Shown one piece after another: positions 33,798 to 46,158 of a stretch of 64,000 nt of DNA (its first letter is position 1; each line of letters opens with the position of its first letter). Source of the stretch: Ranitomeya imitator. Lineage: Eukaryota. A program made the translations under genes and the position numbers. The notes under the pieces are model-generated. The model made no database searches and was not told the origin of the DNA. It was given only the letters and a program-made list of their open reading frames with translations. The stretch lies in the NCBI RefSeq assembly GCF_032444005.1, contig NC_091291.1:7192001-7256000 (forward strand), given 5' to 3'.

Positions 33798-34787
33798 GGT
33801 AATAGAGTATTTTTCCGTACTCGGGATTAGATTTGTGTCTGAGTGTGTCGGTGTCGGGACAATGATTGCAGTAGGCGGCTCCCGCTGTTTCCTTGTCATT
33901 CAGAGGAGACATCAGACTTTTGTGCAGTAATGCTATTTTCTTCCTAGATGGCAGTGTTGTCCACATTGGGGAAATAAAGGAGACAGTGACCCTGCGGAGC
34001 AGCGCTCCTCTACACGCCCTGAACTCCTGACTGATACATTGTAACGCCAGGAGCTGTGAGCAGTATGAGGTTTGTGCAGGTTGTAAGCTGCGGTCATGTA
34101 CCATGAATGAGCGGTGTGACATGGACATCCCCTTTAATTAGCAGTCACACCATTAATCTGGGGTCATGTAATAAGCTATAATTGACACTCGCTGGTGTTA
34201 ACCCCTCGGGCTGCGCACCTTCTGTGACTTAGAAAATGAATTATGTTGCATCGTCTCCGCTGCTGCCGTGACTGAGGATGCGGAGGACTCGTGTCTGCGG
34301 AGCTTCCTCCTGCTGCTCCCCCTGCTGTGCTCCTCGCTGCCCCCCATCTTGGTCTTCAGGCGACATAATGTCACCACTGCCCCTAAACGTGATCCCCATA
34401 GACCCTGCCCCTGAATAATGGGGCCAATATACGATCGGGCTGGAGTCCTCGGTGGTCAGTGTGTAGTAGAGCAGAGCTGCAGGGTAAAGCAGGGAGATCC
34501 CGGATGGGGCAGATCTTACATTAGTTATGGTCTGGAGTCGCTGATCGACGCTGCGCATTAATGGAGCTGAGGATGATTAACGGCAGGTGATGGTGGTATA
34601 ATATTGGGGGCTCGGATCCTCAGCAGGGCGGTGACACGTTGGGGGTCCGGGGTGGAGCGGGCGAGGTCCTGGGCTGCACATTGCTCCTCACTATTAATAA
34701 TAAGGGACTTTGCTCCTCATTTATTGCTCTGTTTTCCTATTAATATTTTGCTTTCTCAGCAGTCAGAGTCGTGTTAATATCGGAGCT

Positions 34788-36612
34788 CACCGCCCGTCAC
34801 GTGTCACACGGGGGTCCAGCAAACATCACGTGGGGGTCTCTTACCACCACACATCACACGGGGGGCCTCCGACCACCACACATCACACGTGGGGGTCTCT
34901 TACCACCATACATCACACGGGGGGCCTCCGACCACCACACATCACACGGGGGGCCTCCGACCACCACACATCACACGGGGGGCCTCCGACCACCAAACAT
35001 CACACGGGGAGCCTCCGACCACCAAACATCACACGGGGGGCCTCCGACCACCAAACATCACACGGGGAGCCTCCGACCACCACACATCACACTGGGGGCC
35101 TCCGACCACCAAACATCACACGGGGAGCCTCCGACCACCAAACATCACACGGGGGGCCTCCGACCACCACACATCACACGGGGAGCCTCCGACCACCACA
35201 CATCACACGGGGGGCCTCCGACCACCAAACATCACACGGGGGGCCTCCGACCACCACACATCACACGGGGAGCCTCCGACCACCACACATCACACGGGGG
35301 CCTCCGACCACCAAACATCACACGGGGGGCCTCCGACCACCACACATCACACGGGGGGGCCTCCGACCACCACACATCACACGGGGAGCCTCCGACCACC
35401 ACACATCACACGGGGAGCCTCCGACCACCACACATCACACGGGGGGCCTCCGACCACCAAACATCACACGGGGAGCCTCCGACCACCAAACATCACACGG
35501 GGGGCCTCCGACCACCACACATCACACGGGGGGCCTCCGACCACCACACATCACACGGGGGGCCTCCGACCACCAAACATCACACGGGGGCCTCCGACCA
35601 CCAAACATCACACGGGGGGCCTCCGACCACCAAACATCACACGGGGGCCTCCGACCACCAAACATCACACGGGGGGCCTCCGACCACCACACATCACACG
35701 GGGGGGCCTCCGACCACCACACATCACACGGGGAGCCTCCGACCACCACACATCACACGGGGAGCCTCCGACCACCACACATCACACGGGGGGCCTCCGA
35801 CCACCAAACATCACACGGGGGGCCTCCGAATACCAAACATCACACGGGGAGCCTCCGACCACCACACATCACACGGGGGGCCTCCGACCACCACACATCA
35901 CACGGGGAGCCTCCGACCACCAAACATCACACGGGGGGCCTCCGAATACCAAACATCACACGGGGAGCCTCCGACCACCACACATCACACGGGGAGCCTC
36001 CGACCACCAAACATCACACGGGGGGCCTCCGACCACCAAACATCACACGGGGAGCCTCCGACCACCACACATCACACGGGGAGCCTCCGACCACCAAACA
36101 TCACACGGGGGGCCTCCGACCACCACACATCACACGGGGAGCCTCCGACCACCACACATCACACGGGGGGCCTCCGACCACCAAACATCACACGGGGGCC
36201 TCCGACCACCAAACATCACACGGGGAGCCTCCGACCACCAAACATCACACGGGGGGCCTCCGACCACCACACATCACACGGGGGGGCCTCCGACCACCAC
36301 ACATCACACGGGGAGCCTCCAACCACCACACATCACACGGGGGACCTCCGACCACCAAACATCACACGGGGAGCCTCCGACCACCAAACATCACACGGGG
36401 GGCCTCCGACCACCACACATCACACGGGGGACCTCCGACCACCAAACATCACATGGGGGGGGGGGCTCCGACCACCACACATCACACAGGAGGCCTCCGA
36501 CCACCACACATCACACGGGGGGCCTCCGACCACCACACATCACATGGGGGGGCCTCCGACCACCACACATCACATGGGGGGGCCTCCGACCACCGCCCGT
36601 CACGTGTCACAC
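34788..36612. repeat. About 29-bp G-run minisatellite, about 60 copies
   Basis: Unit ATCACACGGGGGGCCTCCGACCACCA(C/A)AC with variable G-run length, bounded by a 22-bp direct repeat. Confidence 0.97.
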
Positions 36613-37698
36613 AGGGTGGTTTGCTGGTTGCCCCCATCTGGCCGGTAGCCGTGCAGAGGCATGTACGCCTCTATGGTGAATCCTATAGGGGGCTCTGACA
36701 TAATGGCGGTCGGGTGGAGTAGCTGCTGCCCCCTGGGCTGTGTGACCATCTTGTACTTTGTGCGGCCGCAGTCGCTCTGCATGGAGCGCATGAACCCGTC
36801 TAATCTCAGGGCGAGACCTTCATCTTATCATGGTGTGGAGATTTAGAGGGGCGTCACCGAGGGCTCCTCCATCCAGCTGGGGTCTCCCTTAGTGTGCCCC
36901 CCCAATACTGCAGGGCTCAGCAGGGGGCGACACTGAGCCTAGGAGAACGCTGCCAGTTGTATGGCGAGGGATGGAAACAAAAGGACTAATAGTGAAGGGT
37001 CGGTAGTGGAGAATTCAGGGATGACCCCGCTCAGGCGCTGGGGATATCGGGGGGGTCTGGAGTTGCCCTATAAGTCCCATGTTGCAGGAGTTGCCGCAGC
37101 CGTGCAGCCCCCATCACCCGTCCTGTGCCCTCCTTACTGTTCAGCCATGACAGCATTGCCCAGCGCCATGTCCTCACTTTAGGTCGCAGGTAACGCAGCG
37201 TTTTTTAGCGCCATTTTCAGAAATTATAGCAAAACGCCTCAAGCTCCAGAACTGCATCATGCAACCGTGCGGATAATATCGTTGCCAGGAGATGGTGGGG
37301 GCGCGTTGAAGAGAGGAGCCCCAATTCCTGGAGCAAAAATGGGCAATTGGGGCCCCCAGCCTCTAGGACAGGAGCTCTACTAATAATCGCATGCAGACAT
37401 TGAGTGCGGGCGCCGGGGAATTGCCCAGGTGTCGGACCCCTAACGCCGGCCATGCTATTGAGCCGCTTGGCCCGCTATGATTTGTACCCGCTGTCTCGGT
37501 GCATGGCTGCCGATGTGTAGGACATGAGGGGTCTCACTGAATCCATTCCTGGCTGCCGTGGAGGGTGGCGGAGGCTTCACCATCACCCATAAAACCTATT
37601 GAGCGGCGGGTTAATGTGTAAGCGCCGGGGCTGATAAGGGCCGCTCGCTGCACCGCTGCCTGAGTTCCCCACAGGGACAGCTGAGACACGGACCCGGC

Positions 37699-38358
37699 AT
37701 GGAGGGCACAGCGGGCAGCCATAGCACCGATCCAGATGTGCCTCCCCCAGAGTGGGTGCAGGACCCGCCGGCATCACCCCGCAGCGGGGCCATCTCTTCC
37801 CTCACCGACATGGACTGCCCGGTCTGCTTCAGCAGATACGACGTCTGTCGGGTCCCCAAGGAGCTGTCCTGCAAACACCACTTCTGCGCCGCCTGCCTCA
37901 AACTGCTGGTCTGCCGTGATCTGGGCACCTGGCGGATCACCTGCCCCGTCTGTCGGGCTCCTACTCCAGTTTTTGGAGGACTTGTGTGCACTTTGCAGAA
38001 CCAGGAATCCCTTATGAGCAGGTTGGAGAACCCTAAGCCCAAAGTTGAGCCATCCGGGACCCCACCGTTGGCCGTGAGAGCGGACCGCCACTGTGATCTG
38101 AGTGATGACGACGATGAACCCCATGGGAACCTGAGGATCGCGGCGAGGAGGCTCGTCATCCTTCTGCTAATTTTGCTCATTCTTCTCATTATCATCCTGC
38201 ACTTTCTCTACAGCGGGATCATGAAGTGGGTTCTGGGGTTCATCCTCGGGGTGGTCATGATCATCACCGTCCTGCTCTGCTTCAACCCGAACTGCAAGAT
38301 GAGCCCACCCCGGGCGGACAGTCAGCAGAAGGACAATCACGTGGTGTCTGCTGTGTGA
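37699..38358 (+). CDS. RNF186: RING finger E3 ligase RNF186 (C3HC4 RING, two C-terminal TM helices)
   Basis: CPVC...PKELSCKHHFCAACLKLLVC...WRITCPVCRAPTPVFGGLVCTL and AARRL followed by two hydrophobic helices. Lies between OTUD3 and TMCO4 as in mammals. Confidence 0.93.
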   Translation: MEGTAGSHSTDPDVPPPEWVQDPPASPRSGAISSLTDMDCPVCFSRYDVCRVPKELSCKHHFCAACLKLLVCRDLGTWRITCPVCRAPTPVFGGLVCTLQNQESLMSRLENPKPKVEPSGTPPLAVRADRHCDLSDDDDEPHGNLRIAARRLVILLLILLILLIIILHFLYSGIMKWVLGFILGVVMIITVLLCFNPNCKMSPPRADSQQKDNHVVSAV

Positions 38359-40064
38359 TGCACAGACCGAAATGCGTGAGCAGATACATGGGATGATATA
38401 CATTGGGTAATGCACAGACTGAAATGCGTGAGCAGATACATGGGATAATATACATTGGGTAATGCACAGACTGAAATGCGTGAGCAGATACATGGGATAA
38501 TATACATTGGGTAATGCACAGACTGAAAGGCGTGAGCAGATACGTGGGATGATATACATTGGGTAATGCACAGACTGAAAGGCGTGAGCAGATACATGGG
38601 ATAATATACATTGGGTAATGCACAGACTGAATGCGTGAGCAGATACATGGGATGATATACATTGGGTAATGCACAGACTGAAAGGCGTGAGCAGATACAT
38701 GGGATGATATACATTGGGTAATGCACAGACTGAATGCGTGAGCAGATACGTGGGATGATATACATTGGGTAATGCACAGACTGAAAGGCGTGAGCAGATA
38801 CATGGGATGATATACATTGGGTAATGCACAGACTGAAATGCGTGAGCAGATACGTGGGATGATATACATTGGGTAATGCACAGACTGAATGCGTGAGCAG
38901 ATACGTGGGATGATATACATTGGGTAATGCACAGACTGAATGCGTGAGCAGATACATGGGATAATATACATTGGGTAATGCACAGACTGAATGCGTGAGC
39001 AGATACATGGGATGATATACATTGGGTAATGCACAGACTGAAATGCGTGAGCAGATACATGGGATGATATACATTGGGTAATGCACAGACTGAAATGCGT
39101 GAGCAGATACGTGGGATAATATACATTGGGTAATGCACAGACTGAAATGCGTGAGCAGATACATGGGATAATATACATTGGGTAATGCACAGACTGAAAT
39201 GCGTGAGCAGATACGTGGGATAATATACATTGGGTAATGCACAGACCAAAATGTATGAGCAGATACATGGGATAATATACATTGGCTAATGCACAGACCA
39301 AAATGCGTGAGCAGATACGTGGGATAATATACATTGGGTAATGCACAGACTGAAATGCGTGAGCAGATACATGGGATGATATACATTGGGTAATGCACAG
39401 ACTGAAATGCGTGAGCAGATACATGGGATGATATACATTGGCTAATGCACAGACCAAAATGAGTGAGCAGATACATGGAATAATATACATTGGGTAATGC
39501 ACAGACTGAAATGCGTGAGCAGATACATGGGATGATATACATTGGGTAATGCACAGACCGAAATGCGTGAGCAGATACATGGGATAATATACATTGGGTA
39601 ATGCACAGACTGAAATGCGTGAGCAGATACATGGGATGATATACATTGGGTAATGCACAGACTGAAATGCGTGAGAAGATACATGGGATGATATACATTG
39701 GGTAATGCACAGACCGAAATGCGTGAGAAGATACATGGGATAATATACATTGGGTAATGCACAGACTGAAATGCGTGAGAAGATACATGGGATGATATAC
39801 ATTGGGTAATGCACAGACTGAAATGCGTGAGCAGATACATGGGATAATATACATTCAGTAATGCAAAGACTGAAATGAGTGAGCAGATACATGGGATAAT
39901 ATACATTCAGTAATGCAAAGACTGAAATGCGTGAGCAGATACATGGGATGATATACATTGGGTAATGCACAGACTGAAATGCGTGAGCAGATACATGGGA
40001 TAATATACATTGGGTAATGCACAGACTGAAATGCGTGAGCAGATACATGGGATGATGATATACA
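38356..40064. repeat. 52/51-bp tandem array, about 33 copies, starting at the RNF186 stop codon
   Basis: Unit TAATGCACAGACTGAAATGCGTGAGCAGATACATGGGAT(A/G)ATATACATTGGG. Confidence 0.97.
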
Positions 40065-41204
40065 GAGGGAATCTCATAGACTGAAATTGTGTTAGATTCC
40101 TCCATCACATCTTGGCCTGCATAGCATTAGGCTGATGATCGTCCTACACAGCCTGAATCGCGTGAGCGGCCGCTGACGTGATGATGACTCATAACCCAAA
40201 ATGCCTGAGTGCAAAGTCTGCCTTATCCTAACACAGGGGGTCCATCCCCGGCGTCATCCATGATGCTGCCCCACCTGTGTGATGGGTGGGCTGCACGGCG
40301 CGTTTCGCTCAGTTACATGAGGTCTCTTGTATGCAAATTAAATATGTATTTTTTAATATACTTTACATGCTGTAACCATAGTGACAAGTGACCCTTTAAT
40401 GCTGCGGAATCAATTGTTACTTTTTTTTTGTATTTCGATGTTTTTATCCGTATCCAATAAAAATGGAAGGAATTCTGCAGCCGAGGTTTTCATTGCATTT
40501 CCTTTTGTGTATACAGCTCCTATGCAGAGTGATGTGTCTCCATGGTAACTGACCACCTGCTTCTCGTAGTCACATCTTGGCGTCTTCCACTTGTCGCCTG
40601 CGGTTTGCACATCTGCATTTGGTGGCAGCGGCTCAGGGGGCTGGAGACGGGGGGGGGGGGGGGGATATACATTTTGGACAGTGCAGTGGATCCCATAATT
40701 TATGTGGGGGTGGGGAGAGGGGAAAAGGAGGATCATCTCAGAGGAGCAGAAGCAGCTTTTCTCCCCATGAGAGGAGCGTCCATGTGTATGGTGGTCTACA
40801 ATCAGCTTTGTGCTTCCTCCGTCTGTTAACCCCGTCCTGATGTGACGTGAACAACGGGAGTATGGGGTCATGGCCGCGCCATACGTGACACCCGTGACCG
40901 CAGCAAGTAGAGCTCAGATTGCTGCTGTCAATCACAGTGTCCATCGCCTCCCCACAATGAGATCGCAGGGAGCAGATAGGTTGTAATGGCAGCCAGAGGG
41001 CAGGAAATAAATATATGTAAGAGAGAAAAAATAAATGAAGAAAAAAATAAATATAAAAGAAAAATAAATATCGTAGATAAAAGTCCAATCAAAAAAATAA
41101 CATTAATTAGTCTGTATAACAAAAAGAGAAGGAAAATGGAAACCCTGGAATTTCTGTATATCAGTCGCCCCTGAAAGCAATAAAGTGATCATCTGCACGA
41201 CGGC

Positions 41205-41558
41205 CACAAAAAACGCGTTTGCTTGCGTCTTTACATGCGTTTGATATTGCCAAGAGGGCGTGTCTCAATGGGTGTGTCTAAATCAGTTCCTGGACATGCG
41301 CAGTCCGAAGTATGCAAGCGCATCGAACGCATGCGTAGGCAAAGACATGCGTTCCCGGGAAGCAGTACGTTTTTTAACGCACTCATCCGCACGCCTGCGC
41401 ATATTTGACAGAATTTTACCGCTTCCTAAATTCTAGCGTCGCCCCATCCGTGGACGAACGCACGCACCCGCGTCTACAATGTTAATGATAGGAAATCAAG
41501 AGCGTGCGGACGTATGCGGTAAACGCTGCGGACACAACCGCAAATGTGAAACCCGCCT
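41205..41558. mobile_element. Partial Harbinger-type MITE
   Basis: Right end AATGTGAAACCCGCC-TAA and a CG/GCAT-rich interior like the other MITEs. Left TIR not found. Confidence 0.5.
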
Positions 41559-41859
41559 AATAGACAGTGTCCGTCCATTCTGATCCTAGGAAAGCTGAGT
41601 GACGACTAATATCATTGCCAGTATGGCTGCTGCCCAGCTTTCCCAGACTGCTGAATGGCAAATCCGTCCGGCTGCGCTCTCAGCTATGACTGCAGGACAG
41701 GAGGCTTCACCAGTCAGGGTCGTGTGTGGCAGGTTATTCCAGCTATAGCTGTGTCACCCAGCTTTCCCGGGATCAGATATAATGGGCTGCAGGCCCTGAT
41801 GGTGTCAGTGGTTTGTTGTGCCAACACTACAAGGAGCAGATGTCGCCTGAAAGGAGAAC

Positions 41860-42132
41860 AGATGCCCCGGAAGCAGACCGGAAGTCACCCGTCTCCATAG
41901 CAACCCTGCCCGGGGCTCAAAGTCCGCCTGCCAGCTCAGTGCGTAATGTGCGCAGGATGCATTATACAAACCAGCCCAATGTACGTACCAGCCTATTCTA
42001 CAAACTAGCGTTTCATACGCAATGAACATATCTTACGTCACAGAAGCGTGTACTTAATTTACGCCAATTGCGTTAAGTCGATATTCCCAGAGTTTTACGC
42101 TAAATCGCAGATGAGGCCTGGCTGGCTCTGAG
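41860..42132 (+). promoter_or_regulatory. TMCO4: Candidate TMCO4 promoter / non-coding first exon
   Basis: Tandem ETS motifs CCGGAAG (41867, 41878), an RFX X-box GTCTCCATAGCAAC (41891-41904), and donor GAG|GTGAGA at 42132. Inferred from motifs only. Confidence 0.5.
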
Positions 42133-42333
42133 GTGAGAGGACGCCGGGGCTGGCACTGAGGGGGCTCAGGTGAGAATGATGGGGATAGTAGTACACGTGT
42201 GTGTGTGCGGGAAGTGACGATATTTAGGATAAGGTGTATTCTTATTATAATCATGTGGAGAGGAGCCGTGTATATGTAAGCGTTATTACAGGTCGGGTCC
42301 TCCCTCATCTGGATACAGAAACTGCAGCTTAGG

Positions 42334-43429
42334 CAGAACTACAAGTCCCAGCACGCCATGACTGCCTGTAACCTATGTATAACAGAGCAGAGTAGACAGA
42401 ACTACAAGTCCCAGCACGCCATGACCTCTTGTGACCCTAGGTATAACAGTGCAGCATTGACAGAACTACAAGTCCCAGCACTCCATGACCTCCTGTGACC
42501 TATGTATAACAGAGCAGAGTAGACAGAACTACAAGTCCCAGCACGCCATGACCTCTTGTGACCCTAGGTATAACAGTGCAGCATTGACAGAACTACAAGT
42601 CCCAGCACTCCATGACCTCCTGTGACCTATGTATAACAGAGCAGAGTAGACAGAACTACAAGTCCCAGCACGCCATGACCTCCTGTGACCTATGTATACC
42701 AGTGCATTATGGACAGGACTACAAGTCCCAGCACTCCATGACCTCCTGTGACCTATGTATACTAGTGCAGCATTGACAGAACTACAAGTCCCAGCACTCC
42801 ATGACCTCCTGTGACCTATGTATACCAGTGCATTATGGACAGGACTACAAGTCCCAGCACTCCATGACCTCCTGTGACCCTAGGTATAACAGTGCAGCAT
42901 TGACAGAACTACAAGTCCCAGCACTCCATGACCTCCTGTGACCTATGTATACCAGTGCATTATGGACAGGACTACAAGTCCCAGCACTCCATGACCTCCT
43001 GTGACCCTAGGTATAACAGTGCAGCATTGACAGAACTACAAGTCCCAGCACTCCATGACCTCTTGTGACCTATGTATAACAGAGCAGAGTAGACAGAACT
43101 ACAAGTCCCAGCACTCCATGACCTCCTGTGACCTATGTATAACAGAGCAGAGTAGACAGAACTACAAGTCCCAGCACTCCATGACCTCCTGTGACCTATG
43201 TATACCAGTGCATTATGGACAGGACTACAAGTCCCAGCACTCCATGACCTCCTGTGACCTATGTATACCAGTGCATTATGGACAGGACTACAAGTCCCAG
43301 CACTCCCTGACCTCCTGTGACCTATGTATACCAGTGCATTATGGACAGAACTAAAAGTCCCAGCACTCCATGACCTCCTGTGACCTATGTATAACAGTGC
43401 AGAGCAGACAGAACTACAAGTCCCAGCAT
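42334..43429. repeat. 63-bp tandem array, about 17 copies, each with ACTACAAGTCCCAGCA
   Basis: Unit GACAGAACTACAAGTCCCAGCACTCCATGACCTCCTGTGACCTATGTATAACAGAGCAGAGTA. Confidence 0.97.
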
Positions 43430-44224
43430 CCTCTGACCGCTCACATCATGCTGGGAGTTGTAGTTTACACTCTCCTCTCTCTGCCGCCGAGTTGTCACAA
43501 ATCACTTTACTGTATTATGTGCAGCAAAAGAGTAAAAATAAAAATGCATCATTATTATTATTATTATTATTATTATTTGGTAAAAATGACCCCGGAGCTC
43601 GATTCTCAATGAGCGCGGTGATTCCAAACTTTTTAAAAACTTTTTTTTAGAGGTTAGAAATGTTTTAGAACCAAAGCCTCCATATTCTGACACCCGTAGG
43701 AATTTTATTTTTTATTTTTCCATCCATGCGATTGTGTAAATTTTTAGATATATTTTGTATTTATTTCTTTTAGTTTCCGATATTTTCCTAATGTGAAATA
43801 GCTGGACCGAATATGGGGGGTCCCAAATTTTTTGTTTCTTTTATATTTTTTAAAACTTTTTTTAAATTTTGGCTTATTTGCTTTTTAACCCCTCGATTGT
43901 TTGCTGGCTTGTGCTACATACGGCGTTACATCTGCTTCACGGTATACAGTATATGAAGCCCACGGAGGACCAAGATGGCGGCGATGAGACAGGTGCCCAA
44001 TCGGGATTGCACCACATACATGCTGCTGTCAATGATGGGCAGTGACACTTAAGGGGTTAAACAGCAGAGAGCAAAGTCACTGATCAGAGCTGGGCTGCAG
44101 TGTAAAGCATAGAAACTCCCAGTATTTCTGAATGATTCTGCTTCCTCATTGCTCTGAACCAGTTTCCATTTTGCAGATCGTCTTTCCTTTGGCGTTTTCT
44201 TCCTTTGCTGGCGGCGGTGACGTC

Positions 44225-44349
44225 ATGCAGGACGAGTCGGACGGGTGCGCGGTGCCGCTGGGGCGGGCGCTGAGTGAACCGTCGCGCTTCGCCTACGCCG
44301 GGCTGTGCGGGCTGTCGCTGGCTCAGCTGTACCCGGAGAAAGGACAGAG
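44225..44349 (+). CDS. TMCO4: TMCO4 first coding exon (probable)
   Basis: MQDESDGCAVPLGRALSEPSRFAYAGLCGLSLAQLYPEKGQ. The RFAYAxLCGxSLxQL block matches TMCO4. The start ATG is inferred because the frame is open back to the acceptor at 44176. Confidence 0.88.
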
Positions 44350-44434
44350 GTAACGGCTGCGGTATTTCCGGGGGGGTCTCCCCGTCACGGTGCGGCCCCC
44401 TCGTTCAGTGTGAGTGGTTTTCCCCTCCTTCCAG

Positions 44435-44609
44435 GGAGTTCTGCAGGAAGTTTGTGGAGGATCTGGTGCAGTGGTTGGACCTCAGCCCGTCGGTCATTCC
44501 CGCCATGGAGGCGTTCGCCAGCGGTCTGGGCGGGGAGGGGACAGACACCTTTACTTACGTCCTCCTGGAAGATTCGGTCCTGAGGACCAACCCAACCGTA
44601 ATCACTCAG
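44435..44609 (+). CDS. TMCO4: TMCO4 coding exon 2
   Basis: EFCRKFVEDLVQWLDLSPSVIPAMEAFASGLGGEGTDTF...NPTVITQ; AG/GT. Confidence 0.95.
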
Positions 44610-44660
44610 GTAACCAGCGGTGGTCTTCCCCTGGTCCGGACACACAGGCATAATACTTAA

Positions 44661-44844
44661 AGGGGGTGTCCAGGAGTATGATATCGCCGACCTATCGTGC
44701 GGACTCCGGTGGCTGGGTGTGTAGTGGCCGCTCTCGGGGGCTGCAGCTCAGCTCAATGTTTCGGCACCGGACCCTGTTTACATCCGGCTGCTGGAGCTGG
44801 TAAGGAGTGATTGGTATGGGGGTCCGGCGTTCTGGACAACCTCT
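44661..44844. mobile_element. TTAA-type (T2/Kolobok-like) MITE
   Basis: TIRs AGGGGGTGTCCAG and CTGGACAACCTCT; flanks TTAA and TTAT. Confidence 0.55.
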
Positions 44845-45009
44845 TTATTGAAAACATTCTGTGACTTTCTTTTACATTTTGTCTTTTAATTTCACACCAC
44901 TTTTATAATCTGTGCGTGCTGTCATGGAGGGTTCGTAAAGACCCCCATACACTTACATGTCAACCCAACTTACCGACATGTCAGGGGGTCTCCTGACTCT
45001 TCCCCATTG

Positions 45010-45945
45010 GAAGGGAGAGAGGAGTCTGGAGGAGGAGGACAGAGGGGTCTGGAGGAGGAGGACAGAGGGGTCTGGAGGAGGAGGACAGAGGGGTCTGGAG
45101 GAGGAGGACAGAGGGGTCTGGAGGAGGAGGACAGAGGGGTGTGGAGGATGAGGACAGGGGGGTGTGGAGGATGAGGACAGGGGGGTGTGGAGGATGAGGA
45201 CAGGGGGGTGTGGAGGATGAGGACAGGGGGGTGTGGAGGATGAGGACGGGGGTGTGGAGGAGGAGGACAGAGGGGTCTGGAGGAGGAGGACAGAGGGGTC
45301 TGGAGGAGGAGGACAGAGGGGTCTGGAGGAAGAGGACAGAGGGGTGTGGAGGATGAGGACAGGGGGTGTGGAGGATGAGGACAGGGGGGTGTGGAGGATG
45401 AGGACAGGGGGGTGTGGAGGATGAGGACAGGGGGGTGTGGAGGATGATGACAGGGGGGTCTGGAGGAGGAGGACAGGGGGTCTGGAGGAGGAGGACAGGG
45501 GTCTAGAGGAGGAGGACAGGGGTCTGGAGGAGGAGGACAAAGGATTCTGGAGCAGAACGGAGGAGTCTACATGAGGAGGAAGGTGTGGTCTGGGGGAGGA
45601 GAACGGAGGGGTCTGGAGGAGGAGGACACAGTGTCTGGAGTAGAAGGACGCAGGGGTCTGGAGGAGGAGGACAGTGGGGTCTGAAGGAGGATAGAGGATT
45701 CTGGAGCAGGACGGAGGAGTCTACATGAGAAAGACAGAGAGATCTGGAGGAGGATGGAGTAGTCTAGAGGAGGAGGGCAGAAAGATGTGGAGGAGTAGGA
45801 TGGATAGGTCCGGAGGAGGATGGATAGGTCCGGAGGAGGAGGATGGATGGGTCCGGAGGAGGAGGAGGATGGATAGGTCTGGAGGAGGAGGAGGAGGATG
45901 GATAGATCCGGAGGAGGAGGAGGATGGATAGGTCTGGAGGAGTCC
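45010..45945. repeat. GA-rich degenerate minisatellite (about 23-bp core)
   Basis: GGGGTCTGGAGGAGGAGGACAGA and variants. Confidence 0.92.
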
Positions 45946-46158
45946 ACATAAAATGAAAACCCTGACAGCTGCCATGACGGATTGGGGTCCAGGGTTGTGG
46001 CGCTCGGTGCAGATTCTCCTTACAGGTCAGGCTTTGTATCTCGCTGGGTGACGGCCTCTGGTGGTCTCCCGGTGGGATATTAGAAGGTTCCTCGTGCGAT
46101 GCGGCCCTTTCCCCGATGCTCCTCCATTGTTCTGACCCCTCGTTTCTCTTTATTTCAG

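Noticed and set aside
26437-33899. Many repeated ORFs (WLGNILRGWAIYY..., MYIHYITDPEL...)
   Set aside because: They are periodic translations of the 20-bp and 86-bp arrays.
34710-36698. ORFs of 596-662 aa in all three + frames
   Set aside because: They are translations of a stop-free 29-bp minisatellite; G-run length changes shuffle the frames, and there is no domain content.
31746-40064. MRE core TGCACTC in the 86-mer and XRE core GCGTG in the 52-mer
   Set aside because: Matches of 5-7 bp without extended consensus are expected by chance in any unit and are too weak to report.
38167-40108. Cys/His-rich minus-strand ORFs of 371-608 aa resembling metal-binding repeats
   Set aside because: They are the antisense reading of the 52-bp array, with no splice or start context.
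40380-44075. Additional degenerate DNA-transposon-like fragments (about 40380-41180 and 43620-44075) and isolated CCCCTTTAA ends
   Set aside because: They look repeat-derived, but I could not pair termini or TSDs, so no boundaries are supportable.
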